From the IMG/VR virus record IMGVR_UViG_3300009678_000104, positions 1 to 35,315 of that record: a DNA stretch of 35,315 bases; one strand, 5' to 3'. Every line of letters begins with the position of its first letter. Position 1 is the first letter of the stretch. Under the pieces are notes generated by a model. The model was not told the origin of the DNA. It saw only the letters and a program-made list of their open reading frames with translations, and searched no databases. Shown here one piece after another: positions 27,597-35,315 of the stretch. Position numbers and translations under genes: made by a program. Source of the stretch: a virus. Lineage: Duplodnaviria > Caudoviricetes.

Positions 27597-28025
27597 ATGA
27601 ACAATATCACGGAAGATGACGTCTCATCCGTTTTCGATTTATTTAATTCGATTAGTAGAGCGGAGATTGAAAGAAGGATTGCTTGGTTAGAAGATGCTCT
27701 TTGCCGTTGGAGAACCATCTTAGTGATTAAAGAACTCGACGAGCGACGGCCACCGAACATAAGTTTGATGAAGGAACCGATAGTGCTGACGCCTGAACGA
27801 ATCAAAGAAGCTCATGGTGGTGCGGTTCGTAAAGTAATGGATTATATGAAAGAACGTGGATTCGACGGTGCAACGCAGAAAGAGATTGAGAGAGCGACGG
27901 GCCTCTCGCTACCAACCGTTAGTCAAGTGCTGAATCGTGGTTCATACGTCAAGACAAATGACCATCCTGCTGTTTGGCGATTCAAAGAAATACTCAGTGT
28001 AAACGGTGATGGCCACGCACCGTGA
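27597..28025 (+). CDS. Helix-turn-helix DNA-binding protein
   Basis: 'ATQKEIERATGLSLPTVSQVLNR' HTH followed by a wing-like 'YVKT....VWRF'; first gene of the rightward operon. Confidence 0.7.
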   Translation: MNNITEDDVSSVFDLFNSISRAEIERRIAWLEDALCRWRTILVIKELDERRPPNISLMKEPIVLTPERIKEAHGGAVRKVMDYMKERGFDGATQKEIERATGLSLPTVSQVLNRGSYVKTNDHPAVWRFKEILSVNGDGHAP

Positions 28026-28055
28026 TTCGTGGCTTTTCTCTAGTATGAGGATTGA

Positions 28056-29084
28056 ATGATGGACCCTGCGGAAAGTTCCGTACAGACTGAAGTTCGTCCC
28101 GACCAAGGTGAGGTCGCGGCGTTCCAATCACGAGCAAAGCATTTGCTCGAAGTACCGATGGCATTGGTTCGGAAATCCGACATTGCCTTACGTGGTGTGA
28201 ATCGGAAGAACGAAGAATTCATGAACATCGTCGAATCGGTTCGACGGAAGGGTGTTTTGATTCCCGTTCTGATGCGTGAGTTGCGTGATCCGTCGAACGG
28301 CACGTTGACTTACAGCTTGATTGATGGTCTGCAACGTTACACCGCTTCGCTTGATTGCGGTCTGACTACGATTCCGGCTCACGTTGTCGAAATGGACGAC
28401 GCTGAGGCTTTGGAAGCTCAGATCATGACCAACGCGAATCGTGTGATCACGAAGCCTGCCGAATACGCCAAGCACTTGCTGCGTATGTTGACGCGTGATC
28501 CGTTCATGACGATGAAGACCTTGGCGACCAAGGTGTCGCAATCTGAATCGTGGGTTCTTCAACGTTTGTCGCTCGACAAACTGCTCCCGAAGATTCAGGA
28601 ACTTGTCGACAACGACAAGATCGGATTGACCAATGCTTATGCGTTGGCCAAACTCCCGGAAGATGAGCAAGGATTGCATGTTGACGCGGCGATGACCGAA
28701 GCACCGCAAACATTCGTTCCGCGAATGAAGAGCCGTGCCAAGGAAATCAAAGAGGCCAACAAGGCTGGCAAAGATGTGAATGCACCGGAGTTCCAACCGG
28801 TACAGTACATGCAGAAGCCGGCTGACGTCAAGGCGGAACTGAAGTCGCCTTCGATTGGCACGCATCTGCTTGCCAAGAATGGTTTGACTGGTGCTGATGC
28901 ACAGAGTGCGTGGACTCTGGCATTGAATTGGGTGATGCACTTCGACGAAGATTCGAAGGCTGAACAACAACGGAACTTCGAAACCAAGAAGGCGAAGAAA
29001 GACGCCGAGAAGGCGAAGCTCAAGGAAGAAAAGGACAAGGAAGCTGCGAAGAAGGCAGCTCAGCTCGACATGACGAAGGTGTAG
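28056..29084 (+). CDS. ParB/Spo0J-like protein 1
   Basis: 'SVRRKGVLIPVLMR', 'LIDGLQRYTA' (GxxRxxA), 'TNANR', HTH 'MKTLATKVSQSESWVLQRL', Lys/Glu/Ala-rich tail. Confidence 0.85.
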   Translation: MMDPAESSVQTEVRPDQGEVAAFQSRAKHLLEVPMALVRKSDIALRGVNRKNEEFMNIVESVRRKGVLIPVLMRELRDPSNGTLTYSLIDGLQRYTASLDCGLTTIPAHVVEMDDAEALEAQIMTNANRVITKPAEYAKHLLRMLTRDPFMTMKTLATKVSQSESWVLQRLSLDKLLPKIQELVDNDKIGLTNAYALAKLPEDEQGLHVDAAMTEAPQTFVPRMKSRAKEIKEANKAGKDVNAPEFQPVQYMQKPADVKAELKSPSIGTHLLAKNGLTGADAQSAWTLALNWVMHFDEDSKAEQQRNFETKKAKKDAEKAKLKEEKDKEAAKKAAQLDMTKV

Positions 29085-29091
29085 TCGGTAC

Positions 29092-29144
29092 GCCACGGTC
29101 CACGATTAATAATCGTGGACCGTGGCTTCTATTTCTTGTTTCTT
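29092..29144 (+). terminator. 35-bp palindrome plus T-rich tract (terminator and/or protein-binding site)
   Basis: GCCACGGTCCACGATTA-A-TAATCGTGGACCGTGGC (29092-29126, perfect 17-bp arms) followed by TTCTATTTCTTGTTTCTT. Confidence 0.7.
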
Positions 29145-29161
29145 AATCTAGGAAAAATCAA

Positions 29162-29848
29162 ATGTCTGAAGAAAATGCTCTCTCGATTCAGGACGCGATT
29201 TCTGGTGCTCTGTCTACGTCTCAATCCAAATTCGCTGATGCGAAAGCGGTTGCGTTGGTGTCGCAAGTCGGTGACTTCTTTCCGTATGTCAAAATCAATC
29301 AAGGCAATACGGAGCCTTGTATGACAGGAAAGCTCAAACCGGGTGAAATGACGATTTGTTCGGGCAAACAGGAAACTCCTATCGGCCTGGAACTGGTCAG
29401 TTTGCTCTGTGGCTGGCGTCCGAAAGCGATGCAGTACAAGCCGGAAACGCTTTCGTTCTACAATCCAGCAACGGACGAGTTCAAGTCTGTTCAGGCCAAA
29501 GCAAACGCAGGACAGAACAGTAACTGCGGCTTCGGTGCTGAATACTTGATTTGGTCACCGGCCATGCAGATGTTTGTTGTGTTTTTCTTTGGCAATGCGA
29601 GTGGTCGTATCTCTACGCCACAAGTGATTAATTGCTTCCAGACCGGCAGCAAAATCTGCAAGATTGTTTCGACGTTCATGCAGAACAGCAAAGGTTCATG
29701 GTTCGGGCCAGTCTATCAACCGCACGACTTGCCGATTGAGGTCAACCCTGACCTTGAACTGTTGCAAGAAACCTTGAAGAAGTTCAACAATCCACCGACA
29801 GTACCGGTGCGTGAAGCTGCTGGAAGTGGAAGTTCGGAGCGTGATTAA
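29162..29848 (+). CDS. Hypothetical protein, possibly ssDNA-binding
   Basis: 228 aa with aromatic-rich beta strands in a replication operon; the function is a contextual guess only. Confidence 0.4.
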   Translation: MSEENALSIQDAISGALSTSQSKFADAKAVALVSQVGDFFPYVKINQGNTEPCMTGKLKPGEMTICSGKQETPIGLELVSLLCGWRPKAMQYKPETLSFYNPATDEFKSVQAKANAGQNSNCGFGAEYLIWSPAMQMFVVFFFGNASGRISTPQVINCFQTGSKICKIVSTFMQNSKGSWFGPVYQPHDLPIEVNPDLELLQETLKKFNNPPTVPVREAAGSGSSERD

Positions 29849-30144
29849 TGCGTTTCGATGTGTACCATCATTTGGTGTTTGAAGTGAACCAAGTAGACGA
29901 GATTTTCAATCGTCTACAACAACTAGAGGAAAGAATCATGCATCGTATCGACGAACTGTTGCAAAAAGTGACTGAACAAGGAACCGTTGTTGACGGTGTT
30001 GTGACGTTGCTTGAACAATTGAAAGCTGGGTTGGCTGAACAAGGTCCGGCTGAAGAAAAGGTTGCTGCGGCAATCCAAATGATTGACGAACAGAAAGAAA
30101 AGATGGCTGCCGCCGTTGTGGCGAATACGCCGTCCGAGGAATAG
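29848..30144 (+). CDS. Small coiled-coil phage protein ending '...AAAVVANTP'
   Basis: TAATG coupling; heptad pattern; possible internal start at 29938. Confidence 0.65.
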   Translation: MRFDVYHHLVFEVNQVDEIFNRLQQLEERIMHRIDELLQKVTEQGTVVDGVVTLLEQLKAGLAEQGPAEEKVAAAIQMIDEQKEKMAAAVVANTPSEE

Positions 30145-30152
30145 GAATCGGT

Positions 30153-30225
30153 TGCTCCGTCGTCCAAGTGGTCAGGACACAATTCGTGAATAGTTGAAAT
30201 GTGGGTTCGACTCCCATCGGAGCTT
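30153..30225 (+). tRNA. tRNA-like element of undetermined identity (non-canonical anticodon loop, no CCA)
   Basis: Cloverleaf folded by hand: acceptor GCTCCG/CGGAGC, D-stem GTCC/GGAC with GG in the loop, anticodon stem CAATT/AGTTG with loop CGTGAAT, 4-nt variable loop, T-arm GTGGG-TTCGACT-CCCAT. Confidence 0.75.
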
Positions 30226-30227
30226 TT

Positions 30228-30872
30228 ATGCATATCGCAATAATCACTGCACCACGAACAGTGAACTATATCTCTGACACCATTCTTCGATTACAGGAAG
30301 AATGGCCAAACAGTAACATTCACACATTCGAGGAACCAGGCCATCCACTGTATTACGGACATAATCAAGTGATCAGGCATGTCAACACACAACGGCTTGG
30401 TTGTGTCCGTAACTGGCTCACAGCGTTATCCGCTTTGAACACATGGTCAAAAGACAATTTCATGATTTGTGAAGACGACGTTGATTGGACTCGTGATTCG
30501 GGAGCAAAGGTTCGTGGGTTCATTAAATCACATCAGTTCGGTTACGTGTCGCCTTACTGTGCACAAATCAATCAACCGAAAATGCGTGGTTGGCAAGAGC
30601 CACGAATCGAAAGGCATGGATTATGTGGTGCACTCTCGGTGATACTGTCTAAGCCAGCGGTGCTACACATACTGAACAGTATAGACGCATTCCTTGACCA
30701 TTCGCTCGACACGATGAATGAGCAACCACGGCACTTGGATTACGCCATCGGTATGTCGTTAAGTAAGTTCAAGAACTACACACATAATCCAACGCTTGTC
30801 TACCATACTGGTGAAGTAAGCACGCACCTTGTTAGTCGCTCAATCGCAGGAAGTAGGGAACCAGCACTTTGA
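30228..30872 (+). CDS. GT-A fold glycosyltransferase (GT2/GT25-like)
   Basis: 'IAIITAPR', 'LGCVRNW', DxD-type 'MICEDDV', 'GALSVIL', 'HLD', 'PTLVYHTG'. Start at ATG 30228, after the tRNA-like element. Confidence 0.75.
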   Translation: MHIAIITAPRTVNYISDTILRLQEEWPNSNIHTFEEPGHPLYYGHNQVIRHVNTQRLGCVRNWLTALSALNTWSKDNFMICEDDVDWTRDSGAKVRGFIKSHQFGYVSPYCAQINQPKMRGWQEPRIERHGLCGALSVILSKPAVLHILNSIDAFLDHSLDTMNEQPRHLDYAIGMSLSKFKNYTHNPTLVYHTGEVSTHLVSRSIAGSREPAL

Positions 30873-31339
30873 GTACAGTTTTTCTTCTATCAACGAATCA
30901 GCAGCATTTCGATGTTGCTCTCTATAAAACCCTTTTCTTTAAGGGTTGCGGTGTTGATTTGTCTAATTCTTTCGCGAAAAAGACCGAAATACTCGCGATT
31001 ACGAATCATGAACGATGGGAAGGTGGCACAGAACGTAATCTGATAGAAACGAACCTTGACATACAACATGATTTGTTCTACACGTTCGTTATTCTGCTAC
31101 CTGAAGAACAAGCACTTAACATCTTCAGTCCATTGGCGTTGAATGTTTGTTTCATGAACAACAGGATACAATTAGTTCGTGTCTCTGGAACATTGGCTGA
31201 TTGGTTGCGTATAGTTAATCAGCATTGTCATCGTGAACAGAAGAGCGTGTTGTTGTCAACGCTGCACCAGATTTTAGCACATTTCGAGAAACTAGGTCTT
31301 TCTTCAATCTTTAACTCACAAATCAAATGCATATCTTAG
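30869..31339 (+). CDS. Hypothetical protein with weak ThyX-like resemblance
   Basis: 'HDLFYTFVI' and 'VSGTLADWLRIV' echo ThyX 'EHxxFTFxI' and 'TxNxRxWxxF'; the RHR signature is absent. Confidence 0.4.
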   Translation: MSTVFLLSTNQQHFDVALYKTLFFKGCGVDLSNSFAKKTEILAITNHERWEGGTERNLIETNLDIQHDLFYTFVILLPEEQALNIFSPLALNVCFMNNRIQLVRVSGTLADWLRIVNQHCHREQKSVLLSTLHQILAHFEKLGLSSIFNSQIKCIS

Positions 31340-33387
31340 AACTACTTCCGAAACGAGAGTTCGTGGCTCCGATGCGAGCCGGTGAATGGCTCATTGACGT
31401 CGATTGTACCGTTAAGAACAATGGTATAATCCTCAATTTCCCATACAATAAGCTTCTGCTCGAAGAAGTAAAGACAAGATTCGAGAGACGACGCTGGCTC
31501 GGTGATGAAGGAATCAAAGCTTGGTACATACCGATCACGTACCGTAACCTGTTTCAATTCGAATACTTGATGGGTAAGCATGGTGTTGACCCATACATGC
31601 GATTCGATACTACAAAGCATGTTGATCGTAGCGAAGAAATCAAAGCAGTCATGGAAACGTATCGTGACCGCGATCCTAACTTCGAGATTTTGCCACATTT
31701 GATTCAGATGGTTAATTTAGCCATCAATACTAGATGGTCAATCTTTGCTGCACGAATGGGTCTTGGCAAGACCTTTGCGTCAATCATTGTAAATGATTTC
31801 TTCAGAGAAACAAACTGGTGGTGGTTCGGACCGAATCGTGCATTGGATGCTGTGCAAGTTGATTTCATGAAATGGCGACCGAAGCTACGGCCTGAGTTCT
31901 GTTCATATGATTCAGCTCGTAAGCTCATTGAAACGTGGCCATCTGGTAAGCCAGCACCGCGATTCGTTGTTCTTGATGAAGTGTCTAAGCTCAAGAATGC
32001 AGCCACGCAACGTGCAACAGCAATGAAGTACCTGTGTGACTCCATGCGTAAAGAGCATGGTGAATCATGTGTTATAATCGCACTCTCTGGTACACCAGCA
32101 CCGCATTCACCAGAAGATTGGTTCTCAATCTGTGAAATCGTTTGTCCTGGATTCTTGAAAGAAGCAAACATTCATTTGTTCCGTGACCGGCTTGGTCTAT
32201 TCGAGGAACGAGAGACTGTTCGTGGTTCCGGGACATACAAGCATTTGATTACATGGAAAGATTCCGAGAAGAAATGCGGCAAGTGTGGTAAGCTGGAAGA
32301 AGTGCATCATCTGTGCCTCGGCGACACTTGCAATCAATGCACTAAGATGCGTGGTGACCACGTTCAGGATCATGGATTCGTACAGGGTCAGAATGAAGTC
32401 ACTAAGCTGTATAAACGGATGAAAGGCTTAGTTGGCGTCTGGCTTAAAGAAGGCAATCTTAATTTGCCAGCGAAACGGTACGTTGTTCACGAAGTGACGC
32501 CAACACAAACTACTCTTAATCTTGCCAAGTCGATCGTGGCTTCAACGAAGCGAACATTGGACGCTTTGATTAAGCTACGATGCTTGAGCGATGGATTCCA
32601 GTATAACGAGAAACACACTGGCTACGACACATGCCCTGATTGTTACGGTCACAAAGAAGTGAAGGAATACTTCGACGCTGCTGATCTACATACACCGCTC
32701 GGTGCTGATGAGTATGAGCTTGGTGCTCGATTCATTTACGATGAGAACGATAATGTTGTTGATCAAACACCGATTAAAATCGTGGAACAGATGGTCTGTT
32801 GTGCTACCTGTGAAGGTGAAGGCCGTGTACCGACGTATGACCGTGAAACAATCGAAGTGTCTTGTCCAAAGGATCAGGTTATTCGTGACGAGCTTAAGCT
32901 CGCTCTACCAACAGGCAGGCTTAATCTGTATGGTGGATTCCAGGGTTCAGTTGATCGCCTAGTGAGGCTTAGTCATGAAGAAGATTGGCATTCGATCCGA
33001 TGCGATGGTCGTGGATGGTCCTTTACTGATCCGGCAGGTAACGAGATTGTTATGCCTGGGCCTGAAATCCTGTATACCTATATGTACGAACGAGGTCGGT
33101 ATCCCAGAATCAGTTTCAATGGACAACCAGGTGCCGCTGGCATGGGTCTCAATCTTGTTTGCTCTTGGAGCACAATCTTCTACAGCAACGATCATAACGC
33201 CGAATCAAGAGAACAAGCAGAGGATCGTGGCCATCGACTAGGCATGAACAAAGAACATGGTGGTCGGATCGTAGATATCGTTCATTTGCCGTCTGATAGA
33301 AAAGTGATCAGTTCACTTAAGCAGAAGCGTAATCTGCAATATATGTCAATGACCGGACTAGCTGAGTCCATTCTAACCCTCAAATAA
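31327..33387 (+). CDS. SNF2-family helicase/ATPase with Zn-finger insertions
   Basis: 'MGLGKT', 'VVLDEVS', 'LSGTP', 'AAGMGLNL', 'EQAEDRGHRLG'; several CxxC pairs between the RecA lobes. Confidence 0.88.
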   Translation: MHILELLPKREFVAPMRAGEWLIDVDCTVKNNGIILNFPYNKLLLEEVKTRFERRRWLGDEGIKAWYIPITYRNLFQFEYLMGKHGVDPYMRFDTTKHVDRSEEIKAVMETYRDRDPNFEILPHLIQMVNLAINTRWSIFAARMGLGKTFASIIVNDFFRETNWWWFGPNRALDAVQVDFMKWRPKLRPEFCSYDSARKLIETWPSGKPAPRFVVLDEVSKLKNAATQRATAMKYLCDSMRKEHGESCVIIALSGTPAPHSPEDWFSICEIVCPGFLKEANIHLFRDRLGLFEERETVRGSGTYKHLITWKDSEKKCGKCGKLEEVHHLCLGDTCNQCTKMRGDHVQDHGFVQGQNEVTKLYKRMKGLVGVWLKEGNLNLPAKRYVVHEVTPTQTTLNLAKSIVASTKRTLDALIKLRCLSDGFQYNEKHTGYDTCPDCYGHKEVKEYFDAADLHTPLGADEYELGARFIYDENDNVVDQTPIKIVEQMVCCATCEGEGRVPTYDRETIEVSCPKDQVIRDELKLALPTGRLNLYGGFQGSVDRLVRLSHEEDWHSIRCDGRGWSFTDPAGNEIVMPGPEILYTYMYERGRYPRISFNGQPGAAGMGLNLVCSWSTIFYSNDHNAESREQAEDRGHRLGMNKEHGGRIVDIVHLPSDRKVISSLKQKRNLQYMSMTGLAESILTLK

Positions 33388-33395
33388 GGTGCTCT

Positions 33396-34325
33396 ATGCC
33401 GCTCTCGCCAGCCGCAATCGAACATGACAAGAACTGTGGTGCTCCACTCATACCACTTGAAAAGATTCATGTACAAAACGATTGGAACAGTCGTGGTTAC
33501 ATCACAGCCGCTGATGTAATCGAATTGGTGCCTGACGTCGCGGCTCGTGGTTTGATTGAACCAGTCATTCTTCGTCGATTATGGGACACTGAGAAACCAC
33601 TCAAGGATAAGGGCAAAGAGTTCTTTCTTATCGGTGGATTCCGTAGGCTCTTGGCATATAGGGCCAACGATGCCGTGGTGATTCCAGCCATGATCAGGGC
33701 TTGTACGAACGAGTTCGACGCACGCGATATCAACGCTGTTGAGAATCTACAACGCGTTGATTTGAACATCCTGCAAGAGGCACGGTCCATTAAGCATTAT
33801 TGGGAAGCTGGTTGGGGAAGGCAAGAGATAGCCAACCGAATCAATAAGTCAATGGGTTGGGTTCAGATCCGTTGCATGTTGCTTGAGATGCCTGAACAAA
33901 TCCAAAAGGCTGCTGCAAATGATTACTTGAAGCAGACAGACATTCGTGATTTGTACCAACATCGCGGTAACTCAAACGAAATGCTTCGAATCGCCGGGCT
34001 ACTGGTTGATAAGCGTAAAGCTGGTGAAACAGGCAAGGTGCGTGAGGCACAGAAGCCTGACAAGAAGCATACGAAGAAGCAACGCACCGTGAACGAAATG
34101 CTTTACGTGATGGACCGTATCCGTGAGCATTGTGCATTAATCAACAAGAACATTGAGACTGTTGCTGGTGACTGGATCAGTGACCAGGGCAATAGCATCA
34201 TCACACGAATCATTGGTTGGGGTTGTGGTGAGGTTACAACCGGCGAATTGGAAGATGAACTGAAACACTTCTTCCGCAGCTATGATGTGATTTATAATCC
34301 GATGCTTCTGGAGCCAGTGTCATGA
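33396..34325 (+). CDS. ParB/Spo0J-like protein 2
   Basis: 'GLIEPVILR', 'LIGGFRRLLA', 'ENLQRVDLNILQEA', HTH 'RQEIANRINKSMGWVQIR'. Confidence 0.85.
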   Translation: MPLSPAAIEHDKNCGAPLIPLEKIHVQNDWNSRGYITAADVIELVPDVAARGLIEPVILRRLWDTEKPLKDKGKEFFLIGGFRRLLAYRANDAVVIPAMIRACTNEFDARDINAVENLQRVDLNILQEARSIKHYWEAGWGRQEIANRINKSMGWVQIRCMLLEMPEQIQKAAANDYLKQTDIRDLYQHRGNSNEMLRIAGLLVDKRKAGETGKVREAQKPDKKHTKKQRTVNEMLYVMDRIREHCALINKNIETVAGDWISDQGNSIITRIIGWGCGEVTTGELEDELKHFFRSYDVIYNPMLLEPVS

Positions 34326-34615
34326 CACCAGAACAATTGGCTCTGTTGAAGGACAAAGTTGCCAAAGCACAAGGTAGTATTGAGAGGATCAAAACACTAC
34401 AGTCAGCGATAACTGTCATCAAACGTTGCAATGGTGTCATTATCGAATTTGAACCATTTAAGGTTCAAATCTTGGAAGATGGAAGATGGTCATACGAACC
34501 ACATGCAACGCAAGCGTTAAACGGTGTGCGTGAACAGTTCCGATTGAACTGTCTTGAAATCATTCAGGATCAATTAAAGATACAAGAAAGCGAACTGGAG
34601 AAGCTAGAAGCATGA
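34322..34615 (+). CDS. Hypothetical protein
   Basis: 97 aa with ATGA overlaps at both ends. Confidence 0.6.
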   Translation: MTPEQLALLKDKVAKAQGSIERIKTLQSAITVIKRCNGVIIEFEPFKVQILEDGRWSYEPHATQALNGVREQFRLNCLEIIQDQLKIQESELEKLEA

Positions 34616-35315
34616 TCTTCTTCGACACAGAAACTTGTGGATTCCACGGCCCAACCGTACTCGTTCAATACGCGTACGGAATGGGTGATGTGTTACTCCA
34701 TAACGTCTGGCTCGAACCGATCAAGGATACGCTTGAATTGATTCAAGAACTGTGTGACCACGAAGAAGGTGTTTGTGGATTCAATATCGTTTACGACTGG
34801 TTCCATCTTTGCCAGACATGGACGACTCTGGCTCTGCTCGCTGAGGAAGTAGGCTACGATGCACGACCAGTTGACCACATAGTAAGATACGCCTATTGCG
34901 AACCACGAGCCAGGGATGGTAAGTGTTTGAAGCCAGTGACAGCACTCGATTTGATGCTCTTCGCTCGTAAGGGTCCGTATCAATCAACGATGGACCGTAG
35001 GAATATAAGGATTAAACGTGTCCCACGAATCCTCGCACCTTACCTATTGGATGAGATCGAAGCACGGATTCAACTTCGTGATATCTTCTTCGCCAAAAGA
35101 AAAGATAAAAAGAGTCAGCGTTGGGCCATCGACGATAAAGGTGGTGATTTCGTTGATCTCGTACTCCGCTTCCGTGCGTCGGCAGCATTAAAGATTCTAG
35201 TGCAGGATGCTCTTGGTGTCAATCAGGACAAAGTTTTGATGTTTGGTGACGTTGGCGTGGCGAAGAAGTTCAATCCACGAGAAGTGGGTTGGGCACCATT
35301 CGCCCTTGCCTTGAG
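34612..35315 (+). CDS. Probable DNA polymerase (family A-type), N-terminal 3'-5' exonuclease domain; 3'-truncated and absent from the ORF track
   Basis: Hand translation gives MIFFDTETCGFHGP...VCGFNIVYDWFHL...ALDLMLFARKGPYQS..., open to the window end; ExoI (DTET) and ExoII (GFN..YD) present. The polymerase domain itself lies outside the window. Confidence 0.7.
   Translation, partial: MIFFDTETCGFHGPTVLVQYAYGMGDVLLHNVWLEPIKDTLELIQELCDHEEGVCGFNIVYDWFHLCQTWTTLALLAEEVGYDARPVDHIVRYAYCEPRARDGKCLKPVTALDLMLFARKGPYQSTMDRRNIRIKRVPRILAPYLLDEIEARIQLRDIFFAKRKDKKSQRWAIDDKGGDFVDLVLRFRASAALKILVQDALGVNQDKVLMFGDVGVAKKFNPREVGWAPFALAL

Noticed and set aside
28188-29096. 302-aa antisense ORF over parB1, and similar shadow ORFs (1572-2126, 8010-8546, 31704-32171)
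   Set aside because: They lie opposite well-supported genes, show no recognisable motifs, and are explained by sense-strand codon bias.
29092-29126. Protelomerase (tel) target site
   Set aside because: The palindrome has a 1-nt centre and a T-tract, and no protelomerase is in the window. Not excluded for the whole genome.
30201-30227. GTG start for the GT-A gene
   Set aside because: It falls in the T-arm of the tRNA-like element; ATG 30228 has a GGAG at normal spacing.
1-35315. Stop-codon reassignment, CRISPR array, diversity-generating retroelement, integrase, lysis cassette
   Set aside because: Genes tile densely under the standard code and use all three stops. I saw no repeat-spacer array, reverse transcriptase, recombinase, holin or endolysin; these may lie outside the window.

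Overview
The window is an internal 35.3-kb piece of a tailed dsDNA phage genome (siphovirus-type), cut inside the portal gene at the left end and inside a probable DNA polymerase gene at the right end. It has three blocks. (1) + strand morphogenesis, 1-21006: portal, head-tail adaptor, scaffold, P22-coat-like capsid, head/tail completion genes, tail tube, tail assembly chaperone with a probable -1 frameshift, 1351-aa tape measure, beta-helix protein and tail-tip genes, ending in a GT4 glycosyltransferase / Cys-rich protein / SAM methyltransferase cassette. (2) - strand, 20990-27052: AEP primase-SF3 helicase, small ORFs, P-loop kinase, Dam-family methylase, DEDDh exonuclease, dCTP deaminase. 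(3) + strand, 27597-end: HTH protein, two ParB-like proteins, a tRNA-like element, a second glycosyltransferase, a degenerate ThyX-like protein, a Zn-finger SNF2 helicase and a PolA-type exonuclease domain. The most unusual signals are: a C1q/TNF-like domain apparently split between two genes with a glycosyltransferase between the halves; a shared basic N-terminal leader (R-[IV]-Y-R) on scaffold and capsid; a non-canonical tRNA-like fold that sequesters the RBS of the next gene; and two ParBs without ParA alongside two strong inverted repeats. All product calls come from motif recognition by eye and gene order, not database searches. The host cannot be determined from this window.
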